This document shows, one piece after another, positions 12,170 through 26,062 of a stretch of DNA of 64,000 nucleotides. Made by a program: the position numbers and the translations under genes. Source of the stretch: Camelus dromedarius (taxonomy: Eukaryota); the NCBI RefSeq assembly GCF_036321535.1, contig NC_087437.1, positions 3,906,001 to 3,970,000 on the forward strand. The letters run 5' to 3'. The first letter of the stretch is position 1, and the number at the start of each line of letters is the position of its first letter. The notes under the pieces are model-generated. The model was not told the origin of the DNA and did no database searches. It saw nothing but the letters and a program-made list of their open reading frames with translations.

Positions 12170-13020
12170 TAGGACAACGTTTGTGTTCGTACTGAAATCT
12201 TTCAAACGTACAGAGAAGCAGAAAGAATAACATTACAAACATCTGAACAGCAACTATCTAGAGTTGACACATTTTATTATTTTGTCCTGTTGGCTTCAGA
12301 CTATTTTTTGAAAGAAAGGAAATAGGAAACATACGGTCACCTTTGTTCTCTACGCTAGTCCTAGTTAGAGGCAGCCCCTGCTCCGATGCTGGGGTGCTTC
12401 CTTCCTGGGTGTGTGGTTATGTTTCTGTTTTATATGCACATATTTACGAAAAATACGTAGAATGGTTGTGTGTTTTCAAAGTTGATATAAATGTTATCAG
12501 ACTGTTATGACATCTCATCCATTAACTTGCTTTCCTCACGGAACATTTTGTTTTTGGAATCTATGTTGACATATCAAGTTTAATGATTTTATTGCTACGC
12601 AGTATTCCATCATCTGAATGTATATGAATTTGTTTATCCATTCTATTATTCACATATACTTATGTTTCTAACTTTTTTTTATTACAGCACAATGTTTCAA
12701 ATAACATCCTTGAATATGTGTATAGGAGAGTTTCTGCAGGGACACAGGTAGAAGCAGAATTTCTGGGACACAGAGTATCGCAAATCTCCAACTTCAACGG
12801 GTACTGCCAGATCACTTTCTGATGTGGTTATATTAATTTACAGGCCCACCAGCAGAAATTAAATGTTCCCTTTTCCCCATATGCAGTGTTATCAGATGTA
12901 AGAAATTTTGCCAACCTGGTGGATATGAAATGGCACCTCATTGATGTTTAATTTTTTATTTGCCTGATCACTCATGAAATTGAATATCTTTTGATATATT
13001 TATTGGCATTTTTTTCTTCT
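12170..13020 (-). mobile_element. L1ME-like 3' region
   Basis: aaatctttcaaacgtacagagaagcagaaagaataa...cagtattccatcatctgaatgtat...ggatatgaaatggcacctcattg. Confidence 0.75.
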
Positions 13021-13909
13021 GTGGGTCTTGGGGCAGTGCCCTTCAACCTTCTGGGGACTGATGCTGTCACAGGGAGGGTCGTGGATCAGAGATGCTTATA
13101 CACTGGTGGTCCTAACCACCTTCTTCCCCAGTTTACACCTTTACCTCAGATCCATGTGTCTCCCCATTCTCTGGTCCGTTTCTTGCATCAGGTATCTGGG
13201 AGAATAATAGGAAGCAAATGAACTAGAATAAAGAGGAAAAGTAAGAACACAAGCTCAAGGCTAACAACCAAAAGGAAGATAATGGAGACACTGAAATCTG
13301 CTTGCACATAAGAATTATAAAGCCCTCAGCACCACCAATTAATTTTGCTTCCTTTTGAGCTTTCTATAATGGGATTCATATAATGTATGTTCTTTTGTGT
13401 ATGACTCCATTTTGATGGTGAAATTTATTCCTGCTCTTGAATATAATAGTATCTTTTCATTGCAGTGAAGTAGTCCATTTGGGGGTTTATTCCATGTAGG
13501 TCAATTAATAAATAGATATTCTCTATATTGATATGTATATATGTATCTATAGTCAAATTAGTTCATTATTTTGTTAAGATCTCCTATGCTATACTCATAG
13601 TATATCTGGTGGTTCTGTTACTGAGAAAGATGTGAGAAAGTCTCAGTTAAAATCCCTAGCAGAGTCTGAAAAAAAAAAAAGAATTATAAGGCCCTCTCAC
13701 TCCCTATTTTGCCCATTGGATTGAGTAGCTCACTAGTACAATATTAAACCAAAGAACTGGCAGGGGAGTCACAGAATTTAGATTGTAGGCGTTGCCTGTA
13801 CATGCAGTGACTTTGTTTTTTGAGGTCTCCTTTCCCCCTTTACAGTCTTGGAAGGTGTATCTTCACTGTCCGGTGTCCTGGGCAGACGAACAGATCGTTC
13901 TCTGAGGTG

Positions 13910-14145
13910 GGCCACGTAGTGGGTAAGGTGGGGGCTCTGGGATCAGGCACTAGGTTCATTGCTGGTTCTCGCACCTACGGGTTTTGTCAACTTGGAAGGG
14001 TTTCTTAACCATCCTAGGTTTAGTTTCTTTAAGAAAACAATAGTACCTACTTCATGGGGTTGTAGTAATGATTTATGAAGGGAATATATGTAAGTTCCAG
14101 GAACAGGGCCTAGACACAGTAAGTCTTCAATGTCAGTTATAATTA
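13910..14145 (+). mobile_element. MIR
   Basis: gtagtgggtaaggtgggggctctgg...tttcttaaccatcctaggtttagtttc...aatagtacctacttcatggggttgt. Confidence 0.7.
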
Positions 14146-14374
14146 ATCATCCAAAAAATAACACATAAATGAACATATACTATATACATTCAGTAGTCTT
14201 ATCTTCCATGAAGAACTCTGAAAGTTTCTGAGTTTCCTAGAAGTAGGTAGGATACTTTCTGTGACTGATAGACACACCAGGAACTTTGGGGTGATTTAAG
14301 TGAAAATGATTTAACTGATAATAGAATTTCAGCCTGCGTTGGGGCAAAGATGACAGTATTACAAAAGCATTCAA

Positions 14375-14640
14375 ACATTCATTCATTTATCCATGAAGCA
14401 TTTATTGAAGACTTGGGATGTGCCGTGAATGCCCTGTACAAGACAATAGGGAAATAAAAGTGTTAATCGATACTTGGTATTTGCCATTAACAAGCTGAGT
14501 AGGGGAAATAGCCACACAATTAAATTAATTAACTCAACAAATTTTGTAACAAGGGTCCAATGGGAGCACAACGGGAGCTTCCAAGTCTACATGAATGTGT
14601 TAGGAAAGCTTCCATAGAGAAGCAAGTCATGAGGAAGGAG
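14375..14640 (-). mobile_element. L2 fragment
   Basis: cattcattcatttatccatgaagcatttattgaagac...ttaggaaagcttccatagagaag. Confidence 0.65.
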
Positions 14641-17034
14641 ACCTCCCAATACCTTTCAAGTCCCAGAAATGCAGGCTGGTCCTTGGGAGGGTCCAAAGCC
14701 CTGCCAGAAAGGTGAAACCATGGTCAAGTTCAAGACAGGGCCATGTCCTCTCCGGCAGCAGTCAGCGCAGTTGGAGGTCCCGCCCGGAGAAACAAGAGGA
14801 AGTTTGCTGTCCAGATGGAGCCTCAGACTCAGGCCCCGCCAATCACTGAGCCTCTTCGGCTGTGCTCAGTGCCAGTCTCGGGCTGCTGCGAAGTTATTTC
14901 AAGAAGCCCCGCCAAGCTGAGCAGACACCGCCTGCTTTGCCATCTCATACGTCTGGTTTTCTGGCTGTTTCCGCCTCTTTATTCTAGTTCATGTGGGTGC
15001 TCTCCTCCTTCACACGATTTTTGTTAACATGTCCTAAAATTTTAAACATCCTGCTTTTTCAAAAGTCCCTCATTTCCAGTGAGCCGTATTCAGGCAGTAA
15101 AACACATGACTTATCTATATTGCTGAAATGTGTCCTGTGGAAATTGTGTTTAGTGCGTTAGATAGAAAATCTTATCGTCCTACATAAGGCTTAATGAGGG
15201 ATTCCAGGAGAAGGTGACCAGACTGTGATGACTCGGTGTGGAGGCTGGCCCCAAGAGAGCGTTGCTTCATGTCCCAGCTACTGGATTAATGGGCCAGATT
15301 TAAATGCTGAAAGCACACTCAGCACTGACATCCAACCCAAAGAGCATGCCAGAATGGTGGTCCACTTGGCCATATGCCTTGCCTTCCTTCATGGGCTATT
15401 AGTTTGCTCTCTATGGATCAGTGACTATAAGAGCTCACCTTCCTCAGGTGGTTGTTAGTGTCAGGTTGAGGAACCACAGTATGCAATACCTTTCAGATCC
15501 AGAATATTGAGCAGAATCCTGTAATCCAGCAAATCATTGTTCTTGCTAGACTGGTCAAGAATTTTGGTGCCCTGTAGGCACAGCTTTATGTAGGTCAGGG
15601 CCGCCAGAAGAGCAGGGGCCAGAGGGCAATGAAGTTGAAGCTGTTGTCATGTTAAATAGGTCAAGTTTCATATTGTTCCTGATACTTACCAAGGCCCGTG
15701 TTTTCTAGACTACACGCTAGTGCAGAGTACTTTCCCGGACGTCCGTCACAGTACGTGTGTGATGGGCAAGCAGTTAAGGGGACAGTTCCTCAGCGTCCAG
15801 GGCTAGTGATGTTTCCTAGTGGTCATCAGGTGCCTGATGTTCCAAGACTCTGTCCGGGTTTGGATGTGGAGGTGATTACCTGCCATGTTTAGTTTTAGAA
15901 GAATGTATTGTAATTTACACCGAAGGTTAGACTACAACAATGTGCAGGAAATCCCCAGCCAATTTCCTTTCTCTTTACTAACTAGCCAGGTGGGGTCAAA
16001 TTAGTAGGGAGATTTTTCTAAAAAGTGTGCAATGAGTTAGGCAAGGCAGAGGAAGTAATGGTGACGGTGGAGTTGGTGATGGCAGAGAGGGTGGTCATCT
16101 TGGTGACATGATGCTGGTGCTGGACATGATGTGGGAATGGTGGTTACAGTCTCGTCAAATCCAGGCCTGAGGTGTCAGCTCTTGCCTGGGGCTGGCTTTG
16201 TTTGATTTTTTTCCTGTGATGGGTGGCAGTGAGTCAGCTACTTTTAAAAGGCTAGGAACAGCGAACAATATATAAATCAAAGTTTTATAAATTAAATATT
16301 CCCAGTTTGACTCACTGTAATTTCAGAGGCATTAAATCTTTATTTCTGAATGACCTTTCATTGTCAGTGATGGAATATTTTAACCTTAAGTTACTCTGCT
16401 CTATTTGCCTCTTTAACACAGAGTTACTTTGTAAAAGAACTCCAAAATGATTTCTGGAACTCCTATTTAAAGAATCATTTTGTGATAAGTAATTGGCATA
16501 TGTACAATCTATTAAATATTTCTATTTTTCATCAGATAAAATCTTTTCACACTGGGAATTCTAAGAGAAAGGTACTGTACCATCCCTGAGGCTACACAGC
16601 TCATGAGGAATAATATTTAAAAGCCTTAAAAGACAAATTATCTATACATTCCACTTTTTTTCCCCTTAGGATGTTGACAGATGATTCCGTTAGGAAATAA
16701 AAATAAATAGCAAAAATGTGATAATGATATTCTAGACATTAAAATGACTAAAACAACATTTTGTAGCAACATGCACATTTTCCTCTCTGAAGTTTAAGTG
16801 CTGAAGATAGGCTATTAGAAAAAAAACAGAATATTTCTCTAAGAGAATAATTTCATTTAAATTCAATTAAAAATAAATTCTACCAGAAACTCTCTAGTAT
16901 AAATTTCAATGATAAAACAATTTAATAAATTTATTTTAAAAACTGAGTTCAGCAACTAAAATTATCTTAATTTTCTTACATATCTTTTCAGTATTTTTTG
17001 TCAATATCATCATTATCCTATTTTTGTTGTTGTT

Positions 17035-17260
17035 GTTGAGCAATGTTATATGCTTGGCACCACGCTGGACATTTTACATATATGGTCCCTTTTAATGGTC
17101 AGAGCAGCCCTGGGCATGACTGTCTCCGTTTTACAGCTGAAGAAACTGTGGCTCAAGGGTTTTAAAGCAACTCATCCAAAGACACACAGCGTGTAAGTGG
17201 TGAAGACAGGAATGCCTCCCAGAGAGGTCAGGATTAAGCTCTTAACTACTCTGCCAATAC
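17035..17260 (-). mobile_element. MIR, near full length
   Basis: ccgttttacagctgaagaaactgtggctcaagggttttaaagcaactcatccaaagacacacagc. Confidence 0.8.
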
Positions 17261-18599
17261 TCATCCACAAACAGACATCATTTTTACAGAGTATCTGAAT
17301 TCTACTTTTTTTTTTTTCACTTAACATTACATCACAAACATTTCCCACATTTGCTGCAGTCTTAATCCAATGCCCTGGGCACACCCTGTGGCTCTCTGGT
17401 CACAGGGCTGTCGCCGTCTGCCCAGCCTCCTCCCTGGGAAAGGGGCTTTTCTGCTGCGTTACTGCCTGCTGTTACTGCGTTGTCTTAAATATGATGGAAT
17501 GTTCAACTGCCTCTTTCCTATCTCCTTTGATGTAGAGAGAGATGATTGTTTCCAAATTTGGGGGTGGGTGGGGGTTGGAAAATAAAGTAAATAAACCCCA
17601 GAGAAGTTCAGAAATGCACTCCAGGGAGTGAGACCAGAATTTTGGCCTTGAAATCAACATGGCTGCTCTGTTCCTTGAAGTAACACGAGATTTCAAGTTT
17701 CTCCCTTCAATTTACACGCGAAGGCTTGAGGAGATGTCAAACTGGGTGAAGACCAGCACTGAGAGGCAAAGTAGACTTCACTGGGATCCACAAAAAATCT
17801 GGAAATACAGGTAAAGCACAGGAAATTCAAACAGACCAAGGTTTGCTTTCCTCTGAGTTCACATTAATTTCTCAGTTCTAATATTTTTTAATGAACCTCT
17901 TTCACGTTGATATTGCTAAAAATCCTCCTTTGTATTAAAATGCATAATTGGATGGCCTTGATTTAATTACAGAGGTCTTGGGTTAATACTGCATGTTTTT
18001 GGAGAAAGCAATGGGAATAGATTTTTTTTTAAGTGAATTAGGTCATTATTTCTGCTGTTGTTCATCAAGAATAGAAGTCCTGAGCAAAATTGCTGATGCT
18101 ATCGCAGAGGAAAGGGCTGACTGGTGAGTTGTAATAGCTTTGTGTGCAGTCGTGGGGCATGCTGTGCAGAGGAGGAGAGAAACCCGCCAGTTTTATCTTT
18201 ATTAGCAAGCTGGCTCTTAAAAATGAGACGTCTTTTTATGCTTTAGTGAATGACCAATATGAAAAAGCAGAAGCAGCAAAGACAGGCTTAACACAGCACG
18301 TATAATATTTAATAAAAGACAAGAGTTGTCCAAAGGTTCTTAAGGAAATGACAACTCTTCATGGCCTACATTAAAATTGCTGATATCCTTTGAGCTCGGA
18401 TTTCCGGATAGGGAAGGGGATGATCAAAAACCTTGCCAAAAAGCCAATTTTTTTAAGACAAATACTCCCCCAAGTAGTATACAAATAAATTACTCACAAA
18501 AAGGGTAAAAATGTCCACGACACAAATGCCCTTTATGGGTAGAAATATAGGTAAAAATCATGGAAGATACATTTAATAAACTTATTTTGTTCACTGAGA

Positions 18600-21445
18600 G
18601 CTTTTCTTTTTTTCTTTTCTGGCTTCATTGAGATGTATTTGACATATAACATGGTGGAAGTTTAAGGTGTACAAGTGTTCTATTTGACATACAACATTGT
18701 ATAAGTTTAAGGTATACAATGTGTTGATCTTATGCACTTGTATATTGGAAAATGATTAATCTCCGTAGTGTTAGCTAACACCTCCATCACCCCACATAAT
18801 TACCATCTCTTTTCTGTGATGGGAAGATTTAAGATCTGCTCTCTTAGCAACTTTCAAGCATATATAACAGTGTTATTAACTGTGATCACCCAAAGTCATT
18901 CATTTTACAACCAAAAGTTTGTACATTTGACCAACATCTCCACACTTACCCCCCTCCCAGCCCCTGGTAACCACCACTCTACTCTTTTTCGGTAAGTTTG
19001 GCTTTTCCAGATTCCACATGTAAGTTAGATCATGCAGTGTTTGTCTTTCTCTGTCTGACTTATTTCAAACATCACAAAGCCCTCAAGGTCCATCCATGTT
19101 GTCACAAATGACAGGATTTCCTTCTTCTCAGGGCTGAGTAGTATTCCATTGTGTCTTTTTTTAAAAAATTAATTTAACTAATTTAATTTAATTTCTAAAT
19201 TGAAGTACAATCAATTACAATGTGTCAGTTTCTGGTGTACAGCACAATGTCCCAGTCATGCATATACATACATATATTCATTTTCATATTCTTTTTCATT
19301 AAAGGTTATTACAAGATATTGAATATAGTTCCCTGTGCTATACAGCAGAAAAATTTTAAAATCTACTTTTTGTATATAATGGCTAACATTTATAAATCTC
19401 AAACTCCCAAATTTATCCCTTCCCACCCCCTTTCCCTAGTAACCATAAGGTTGTTTACTATATCTGTGAGTCTGTTTCTGTTTTGTGGATGAGTTCATAG
19501 TGTCCTTTTTTTTTTTTTTTTTTTTTTTTTTTCAGATTCCACCTATGAGTGATAGCATGTGGTATTTTTCTTTCTCTTTCTGGCTTATTTCACTTAGAAT
19601 GATGATCTCTAGGTCCATCCATGTTGCTGCAAATGGCATTATTTCATTCTTTTTTATGGCTGAGTAATATCCCTTTGTATAAATATACCACAGCTGCTTT
19701 ATCCAGTCATCTGTTGATGGACATTTAGGTTGTTTCCATGTCTTGGCTATTGTAAATAGTGCTGCTATGAACACTGGGGTACATGTATCTTTTTGAATTA
19801 AGGTTCCCTCTAGAGATATACCCAGGAGTGGGATTGCTGGATCATAGGGTAAGTCTATTTTTAGTTTTTTAAGGAACCTCCACACTGTTCTCCATAATGG
19901 CTGCACCAAACTACATTCCCACCAGCAGTGTAGGAGGGTTCCCTTTTCTCCACATCTTCTCCAACACTTATTGTTTGTGGACTTTTGACTGATGGCCATT
20001 CTGACTGGTGTGAGGTGACACCTCCTTGTAGTTTTGATTTGCACTTCTCTGATAATTAGTGATATTGAGCATTTTTTAATGTGCCTATTGGCCATTTGTA
20101 TGTATTCATTGGAGAATTGCTTGTTTAGGTCTTCTGCCTATTTTTGGATCGGGTTGTTTGTTTTTTGGAGTATTTATACTACATCATCCTTATCCATTCA
20201 TGCATTGACATACACTTTGATTGCTTTTATATCTTGGCTACTCTGAATAATGCTGAAATGAATTTGGGAGTGCAGATATCTCTTCAAGATCTTAACTTCA
20301 TTTCCTTTGGATATATATACCCAGAAGTGGGATTTCTGGATCATAGGGTAGTTCTATGTCTTTTTCTTTGTTCATTTTTTTTTAAAGGAAACTTCACACT
20401 GTTTTCCATAGTGGCTATACCAATTTACATTCCCACCAACAGTGCACGAGAGTTCCCTTTTCTCCACCTCCTTGCCAAAACTTGTTATTTTGTGTCTTTT
20501 TTGATGAGGTGATAACTCATTGTGGTTTCGATTCTTGATTTCTATTTCCCTGATGATTAGTGATATTGAACCTTTTTTTCATGTACCTGTTAGCCACTTA
20601 TATATCTTCTTTGGAAAAATGTCTACTGAATTCCTCTACCCATTTTGTAATTTAATTGTTTGGGGGGTTTTGCTATTAAATTGTATGAATCCTTTATGTA
20701 TTTTGGATATTAACTCCTTATCAGCTATATGATTTGCAAATATTTTCTTCTGTTCCATAGTCTACTTTTTCATTTTGGTAATTGTTTCTTTTGCTGTACA
20801 GAAGCTTTTTGGTTTGTACTCCCATTTCCTAATTTTTGCTTTTGTTACTTGTGCTTTTGGTGTCGTATCCAAAAAAACCCTTGCCAAGATCAATGCCAAG
20901 GAGTTTTCCCTTATGTTTTCTTCTAGGAGATTTGTGGTGTCAGTTTTACGTTTAAGTCTTTAATCTACTTCAGGTTAATTTTTGTGAATGGTGTAAGATG
21001 GGGTCCAATTTCATTCAGTTTTCCTATCATTGTTTATTGAGTCTTGTTCTGTTGAGTTTTCTTGACTCCTTTGTCAACTATTAGTTGACCACACATGCAA
21101 AGGTTTATTTCTGCACCCTTAATTCTGTCCCTTTGGTCTGTGTGTGTATTTTTATGCCAACACCATACTGTTTTGGTTACTACAGCTTTGTAGTATAGTT
21201 TGAAATCAGGAAATGTGATGCTTCCAGTTTTGTTCTTTTTCCTTAGGATTACAGTAGCTTTGAAGGGTCCTCTGTTGTCCCATGCAAATTTTTGGATTTT
21301 TTTTCTATTTCTGTGAAACATGCCATTGGAAGTTTGATAGGGACTGCACTGAATTTCTAGATGGCTTTGGGTAGTATGGACATTTTAACAATATTTGTTC
21401 TTCTGATCCATGAACAAGGGATATAATTCTATTTACTTATGTTCA
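18600..21445 (-). mobile_element. L1MA9-like 3' portion with a nested younger L1; 45-bp tandem duplication at 18636-18725
   Basis: L1MA-type 3' UTR at ~18625-19150; ORF2 remnant 21034-21321 ([23 protein letters not shown]). Confidence 0.85.
19156..20167 (-). mobile_element. Young lineage-specific L1, 5'-truncated (~1 kb)
   Basis: Uninterrupted 187-aa ORF2 C-terminus (19532-20095: [18 protein letters not shown]...[10 protein letters not shown]...[11 protein letters not shown]), then 3' UTR and T-rich tail. Confidence 0.95.
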
Positions 21446-21649
21446 CTAGGATTTGATGATCAACATATATTGAGAAAAAAGATTTGCCTATGTAATAACC
21501 TTTGCTATTTGTCGACCATAAATAGTACATAATACCAAATACCAAATAAAATCTTTCTGTTGGAAGACTTTTAGAATTTTGATGTTTTCTATAGTCCCTC
21601 CACCCGCTGTCTAATTATTCCGAATACTTGTAGAGTGTTGATACTCTAA

Positions 21650-21694
21650 AACAGGATTTCTTGACCTCTATTAAGGCTAATTCTTTCTGAGTGT

Positions 21695-21746
<52 letters not shown>

Positions 21747-21890
21747 GCGTGTGTGGCTGTTCTGGGCCTTGTAGGATGTTTAGCAGCATGCCTGGCTTCT
21801 AACCACTAGATGCCAGTAGCAATCTCTACCCCACCACCCCCACCACCATTGTGACAATAAACAATATATTTGGACATTGTCAGTATCATC
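21650..21890. mobile_element. MER20-like hAT element containing a (TG)n microsatellite (21692-21754)
   Basis: ttgtaggatgtttagcagcatgcctggcttctaaccactagatgccagtagca...ttgtgacaataaac...ggacattgtca. Confidence 0.85.
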
Positions 21891-21942
21891 CAAACCCTTG
21901 TATGTATGGCATGGCTGTTCACTGAAGAGACAGATAATAGTA

Positions 21943-22511
21943 TATGGTGGCACATAGTGCTTCCAAAGATGGACTGTGCCTACTACATGTTACACACATT
22001 CCATCCCACTTGCTCTTCTTATAACATGAGTTTGACATGCCTCCACTGAGAGGTGTATAGTCAGGGGAACTTTTGGAATTGCCTCACCCAGTATAAGGGG
22101 GAAGATGTGACACTGTCACCCTGAGGCTAGATTAGAAAAGGCAACACAGCTTCTCCTTGGCTCCGTCTCTGGATTCCACCCTGGAAGCCCGTCTGCCATG
22201 TTGGGAGGAAGCCCCCACCACACAGGGAGGCTCTGTGCAGGGCTGCAGCTCAGAGCCCCCAGTGAGGCCACCACCGCTGCCAGCACCAGCCTCCAGGTGT
22301 GAGTGAAAGAGCCTGCAGGGGGCTCCAGCCCCCGCAATTGGACTTCAGGTCTTCAGCTGTGGCCCCAGAAAGCAGAGATGAGCTGCCCTTGCCTGAATTT
22401 TCCGGAGCCACAGAAACTGTGAGAGATAATACATTCCTGTTATTTTAAACCACTATATTCTGATGGCAAAACACTATGTAATTTCTCATGTAGCAATAGA
22501 TAACCCAAACA
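21943..22511 (+). mobile_element. MLT1 (ERVL-MaLR) solo LTR
   Basis: gccatgttgggaggaagccc...cacagaaactgtgagagataata...tttaaaccacta...gtagcaatagataacccaaaca. Confidence 0.85.
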
Positions 22512-23002
22512 TGTCGGTTAAATCGGATCATCCCCATATATGCATGAGGGTTTCGTTCAGGAGACAGGAGTCTCGTTCGTCCTGAATTCCATTAAAAAAC
22601 AAGGCAAAACAATCCAAACAACCGTACCTACCCCACACCTATCACATTCTCCTCTACACCACCATCTTTACCGCTAGTTCACAAAAACATCATGATACTA
22701 ACGTACAATGCAGCCAGCACTGTCAAACTGAATCAATTAACCTTTAGGGGGAATTTTCATTCTGACAAGCAAACCACATTCAGCTGCTAGAAACACATGC
22801 ACTAAAGGCCACGGGTTTAGTTTTATTTTTCAAGCCACATGGGCATTCCCACCTGCTGCAAACAAGAGGCCTGGAAAGGTCAGACAGTAACATAAAAGTC
22901 AGCTCCAGTACAATTGCAAAGTCTAAACAGTGATGTCCCCTGGAATTAATGGACTTAAAAGTTCTAGGGCAAGATAAGTTTGTACATTTTTATAGTATTT
23001 TA

Positions 23003-23138
23003 TTTTATTTTTTTGATGGAGGGAGGTAATCATGTTTATTTATTTACTTTATTTTTTAATGGAGGTGCTGGGGATTGAACCCAGGGCCTCGTCTGCATGC
23101 TAGGCATACATTGTATCACTGAGCTATACCCTCCTCCC
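23003..23138 (-). mobile_element. vic-1-like camelid SINE
   Basis: Reverse tRNA-Ala head ending ctgagctataccctcctcc; TSD core ATAGTATTTTA at 22992-23002 and 23144-23154. Confidence 0.9.
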
Positions 23139-23164
23139 ACTTCATAGTATTTTAGCACCTAAGG

Positions 23165-23580
23165 AAGATAATTGGTTAAAGTGACAGAAAAATCCAACCA
23201 TCAGTGACCTAAATGCTTAGTTTTCTCATGTAATAAGAAATGTGGATACTGGGATCGTTGACATTGGTTCAGAGGTTTAATCATCATCAGGGCCAGCATT
23301 TCTGTGATTCTCTTCTCTTCTCCTCCTGTTCGTAAATTGCAGTCACATTATGACTATTGCTGCTCTAGATGTGACACCTGTGATCAGGGCTGGAAGGAGG
23401 TCAAATGGGAATAGGTGGTGTTAGCAGATTTCTCCTTATATCTCAATGGGCACGACACCCCAAAGCCACTTCTAGCATGAGGGGGACTAGAAAAAGCAAG
23501 CATTTGTCTTCTACAGACTCTGTAGTAGACACAGGCAAGGGAGAAGGTGGTTGGAACTACATGTTGGATGAGACTGCAGT
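23165..23580 (-). mobile_element. Old MLT1 (J/K-like) LTR fragment
   Basis: aagtgacagaaaaatccaacc...ttttctcatgtaataagaa...tctccttatatctcaatggg. Confidence 0.5.
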
Positions 23581-24226
23581 GTCCAAAATTAACACGAAAA
23601 TGACGCTTTATCTTGGTCAAATATTCATGAAAACACTGACCAATAGAATCAATCTATAGATATATCAAGCCTTCTAGTCACTCATAAACTCATCCATCTG
23701 ATTGTAACCTTTATACAAATACAGCTCAGGCTCCAAAGTTTTTTCGATTTTTCATTGACCAATCAGCATGCAAAGTATAACCCTATTTTTGTCAAAAATA
23801 AATACGAACAAATAGGCACTCAAAAGAATGTGGAAGATAGACACTAAAATATTGACAGAATCATGCATCTTCTGCCCTTTGTATTTTCTCATTTTTCTAC
23901 AATGAAACATTAACTATGAATAAGAAGCAAGAATACTAGATACAGAAAGTTAGCTTTAAAATTTTAGCTTTTAATAATATCAACCAATGAGAGATAACCT
24001 CTGTGAACACAAGTATTTAGCTTTTCAAATCGAAACACACGCACACACACCCATTTGAATGACAATATATGTCAAAATCCTACTATATGTTAGTACTATC
24101 TCATTTAATCGAAGCAATTACGTGATAAAGTTACTTCAGAGAATCTTCATTTACCATGTATTTATTATCTAATGCCCAAGGTTACAATGTTGAACATGAA
24201 ATCAACAATTGTAAAAAAGAATCACT

Positions 24227-24312
24227 GGAGAAGGGCAGAGCTCAGTGGTAGAGCACGGGCTTAGCATGCACGAGGTCCTGGGTTCAATCCCCAGCACCTC
24301 TATAAAAACAAA
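24227..24312 (+). mobile_element. Short vic-1-like SINE (tRNA-Ala head plus A tail only)
   Basis: agctcagtggtagagcacgggcttagcatgcacgaggtcctgggttcaatccccagcacctc; TSD AATCACT at 24220-24226 and 24313-24319. Confidence 0.85.
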
Positions 24313-26062
24313 AATCACTAATGAATAGACCACCAATAAACTCACTGCCTAGTCAAATATTGTCCTTTACTCAAACTAGCACATACCCTTGTCTGGCACT
24401 TCAGTATCTTTGTATTTCTCATTTACTACTTTGGACTCACTAAGAATTTGATCTTAGGTAAGTTATTTACCTCTCTGGGTCATTTGATCATCTGAAAAAT
24501 GGGGCCAGAAAGGTATCTACTTTATGGAATTTGTGAGCAGTTTAAATGAATTAATATCTGGCACATTTTAAGCCCTGTACAAGCAGTGGTCTTTTTAAAA
24601 ATTATTATTACATACTTAAGTATAAAGGTCAAATAGGTATTGGATACTTGAGCTCAGGGGTTGGGTAAGGGTTTGAGAGGAAAGAAAAATAGAATTGTCA
24701 GCATACTGATGATGTTAAAAGCCACAGAGCTGGAAAGTGGGTGTTTAGATGGAAATTAAGCGAAAAATAGAAGATGCTATAAGCGTAATATTGAATGTGT
24801 CCCAAGTGATAGGCACCATATTTGCTGAACCATTTACCCAACTCTGTAGAAAATCTTTGCTCATGATGCTTACTTAACATGTTAACCAACATCTTCTCTA
24901 TAAAGATTCAAAGGTAAAAATCTCACCTTGAATTTGGTCTAGGGAAAAACTTCCTTTCCATATTAATTAATTTCCCTTTCCTGGACAATGGGAACTACAT
25001 AAACCACACGTTTACCCTTTGGGATCAGTTGCCACAATTTCAAAGCTAAACTGAAAATTCATCTGAATTTCAATTCACTGATTCTACGTACTAGTTCTCT
25101 GTTCCTTTTCATGACTATTTCTCGCTTCTGTTTTCATTGTCGGATTTCATTTTGTAAAGGCACTTCACATCCTTTGTGGAACAGAACTGGCAGAGGAGCA
25201 GACGTGGAAGAACAGGGGCAGAGTAGGGGGATGGCTTTGATGTGTGGGTCCCGTGGTCCCCCTCCCACACTGTAGCTGTCCCCACTCAATGTCCCCCAAC
25301 CCCCAACACACAAACTGGCCTTAGCTTCTCAAGGCTTCACCTTGACTCTTTCCTCTGCTCACAGCTCTCTTGGCCCTATTCCTTACATAGCCAACTGCTC
25401 ATCTTTTGGTCCCCAGGTTAACTACCGACCCTTCAGGAAGGCCTTCCCTGAACACCGCCCTCCCCCAGTTATATGTTCTCATTTCCATGTACTTTTTCTT
25501 CATAGCCCTTATTAATTATCATCTTTTTTTGAACAACTATCATCTTCTTTTAAAAAACTTTCTTTAGCTCTTGCATTCCCATTGGCTCTAGAACAAAGCT
25601 ACCCACCAAGGTTCCATATTCACAGGAGCCCAGCCCTCTTGACTCTGCCGATCCTATCCCGTGATGTGTGATGGAGAACTAGCTATAGGTCAGACAGCTT
25701 AGCTGTTTTAAAAGAAGACCCAGAAAGTGATAGCAAAAGTGAAATAATTAGCGATTTAAAAAACATTTTTGCCATTTTTTTCTGTCTGAAATATTCCATC
25801 CATATTCAGAATTCCCCACGTATGTGCAAGATGCCTTTTGCAGACGTTTCTAATCCTGAATCTGGTTGAGGTTTACACACTGCATTTGAACTTTGTGTCT
25901 CTTTAGAGTCTTTTAGTCTAGAAAATTTTTCCACTGTTTTTTTTGAAGAATCCAGGCTTATGTTCCATTTTTCTAGATTTGTCAGATTATTTCCTGATGG
26001 TGTTGTGTAAATTATTCCTCTATCTCTTTTATTTCTTTTTATAAGCTGGAAGATAGGTCAAG

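Noticed and set aside
19532..20095. 187-aa ORF with a Cys-rich motif
   Set aside because: C-terminus of L1 ORF2 in a 5'-truncated insertion, not a host gene.
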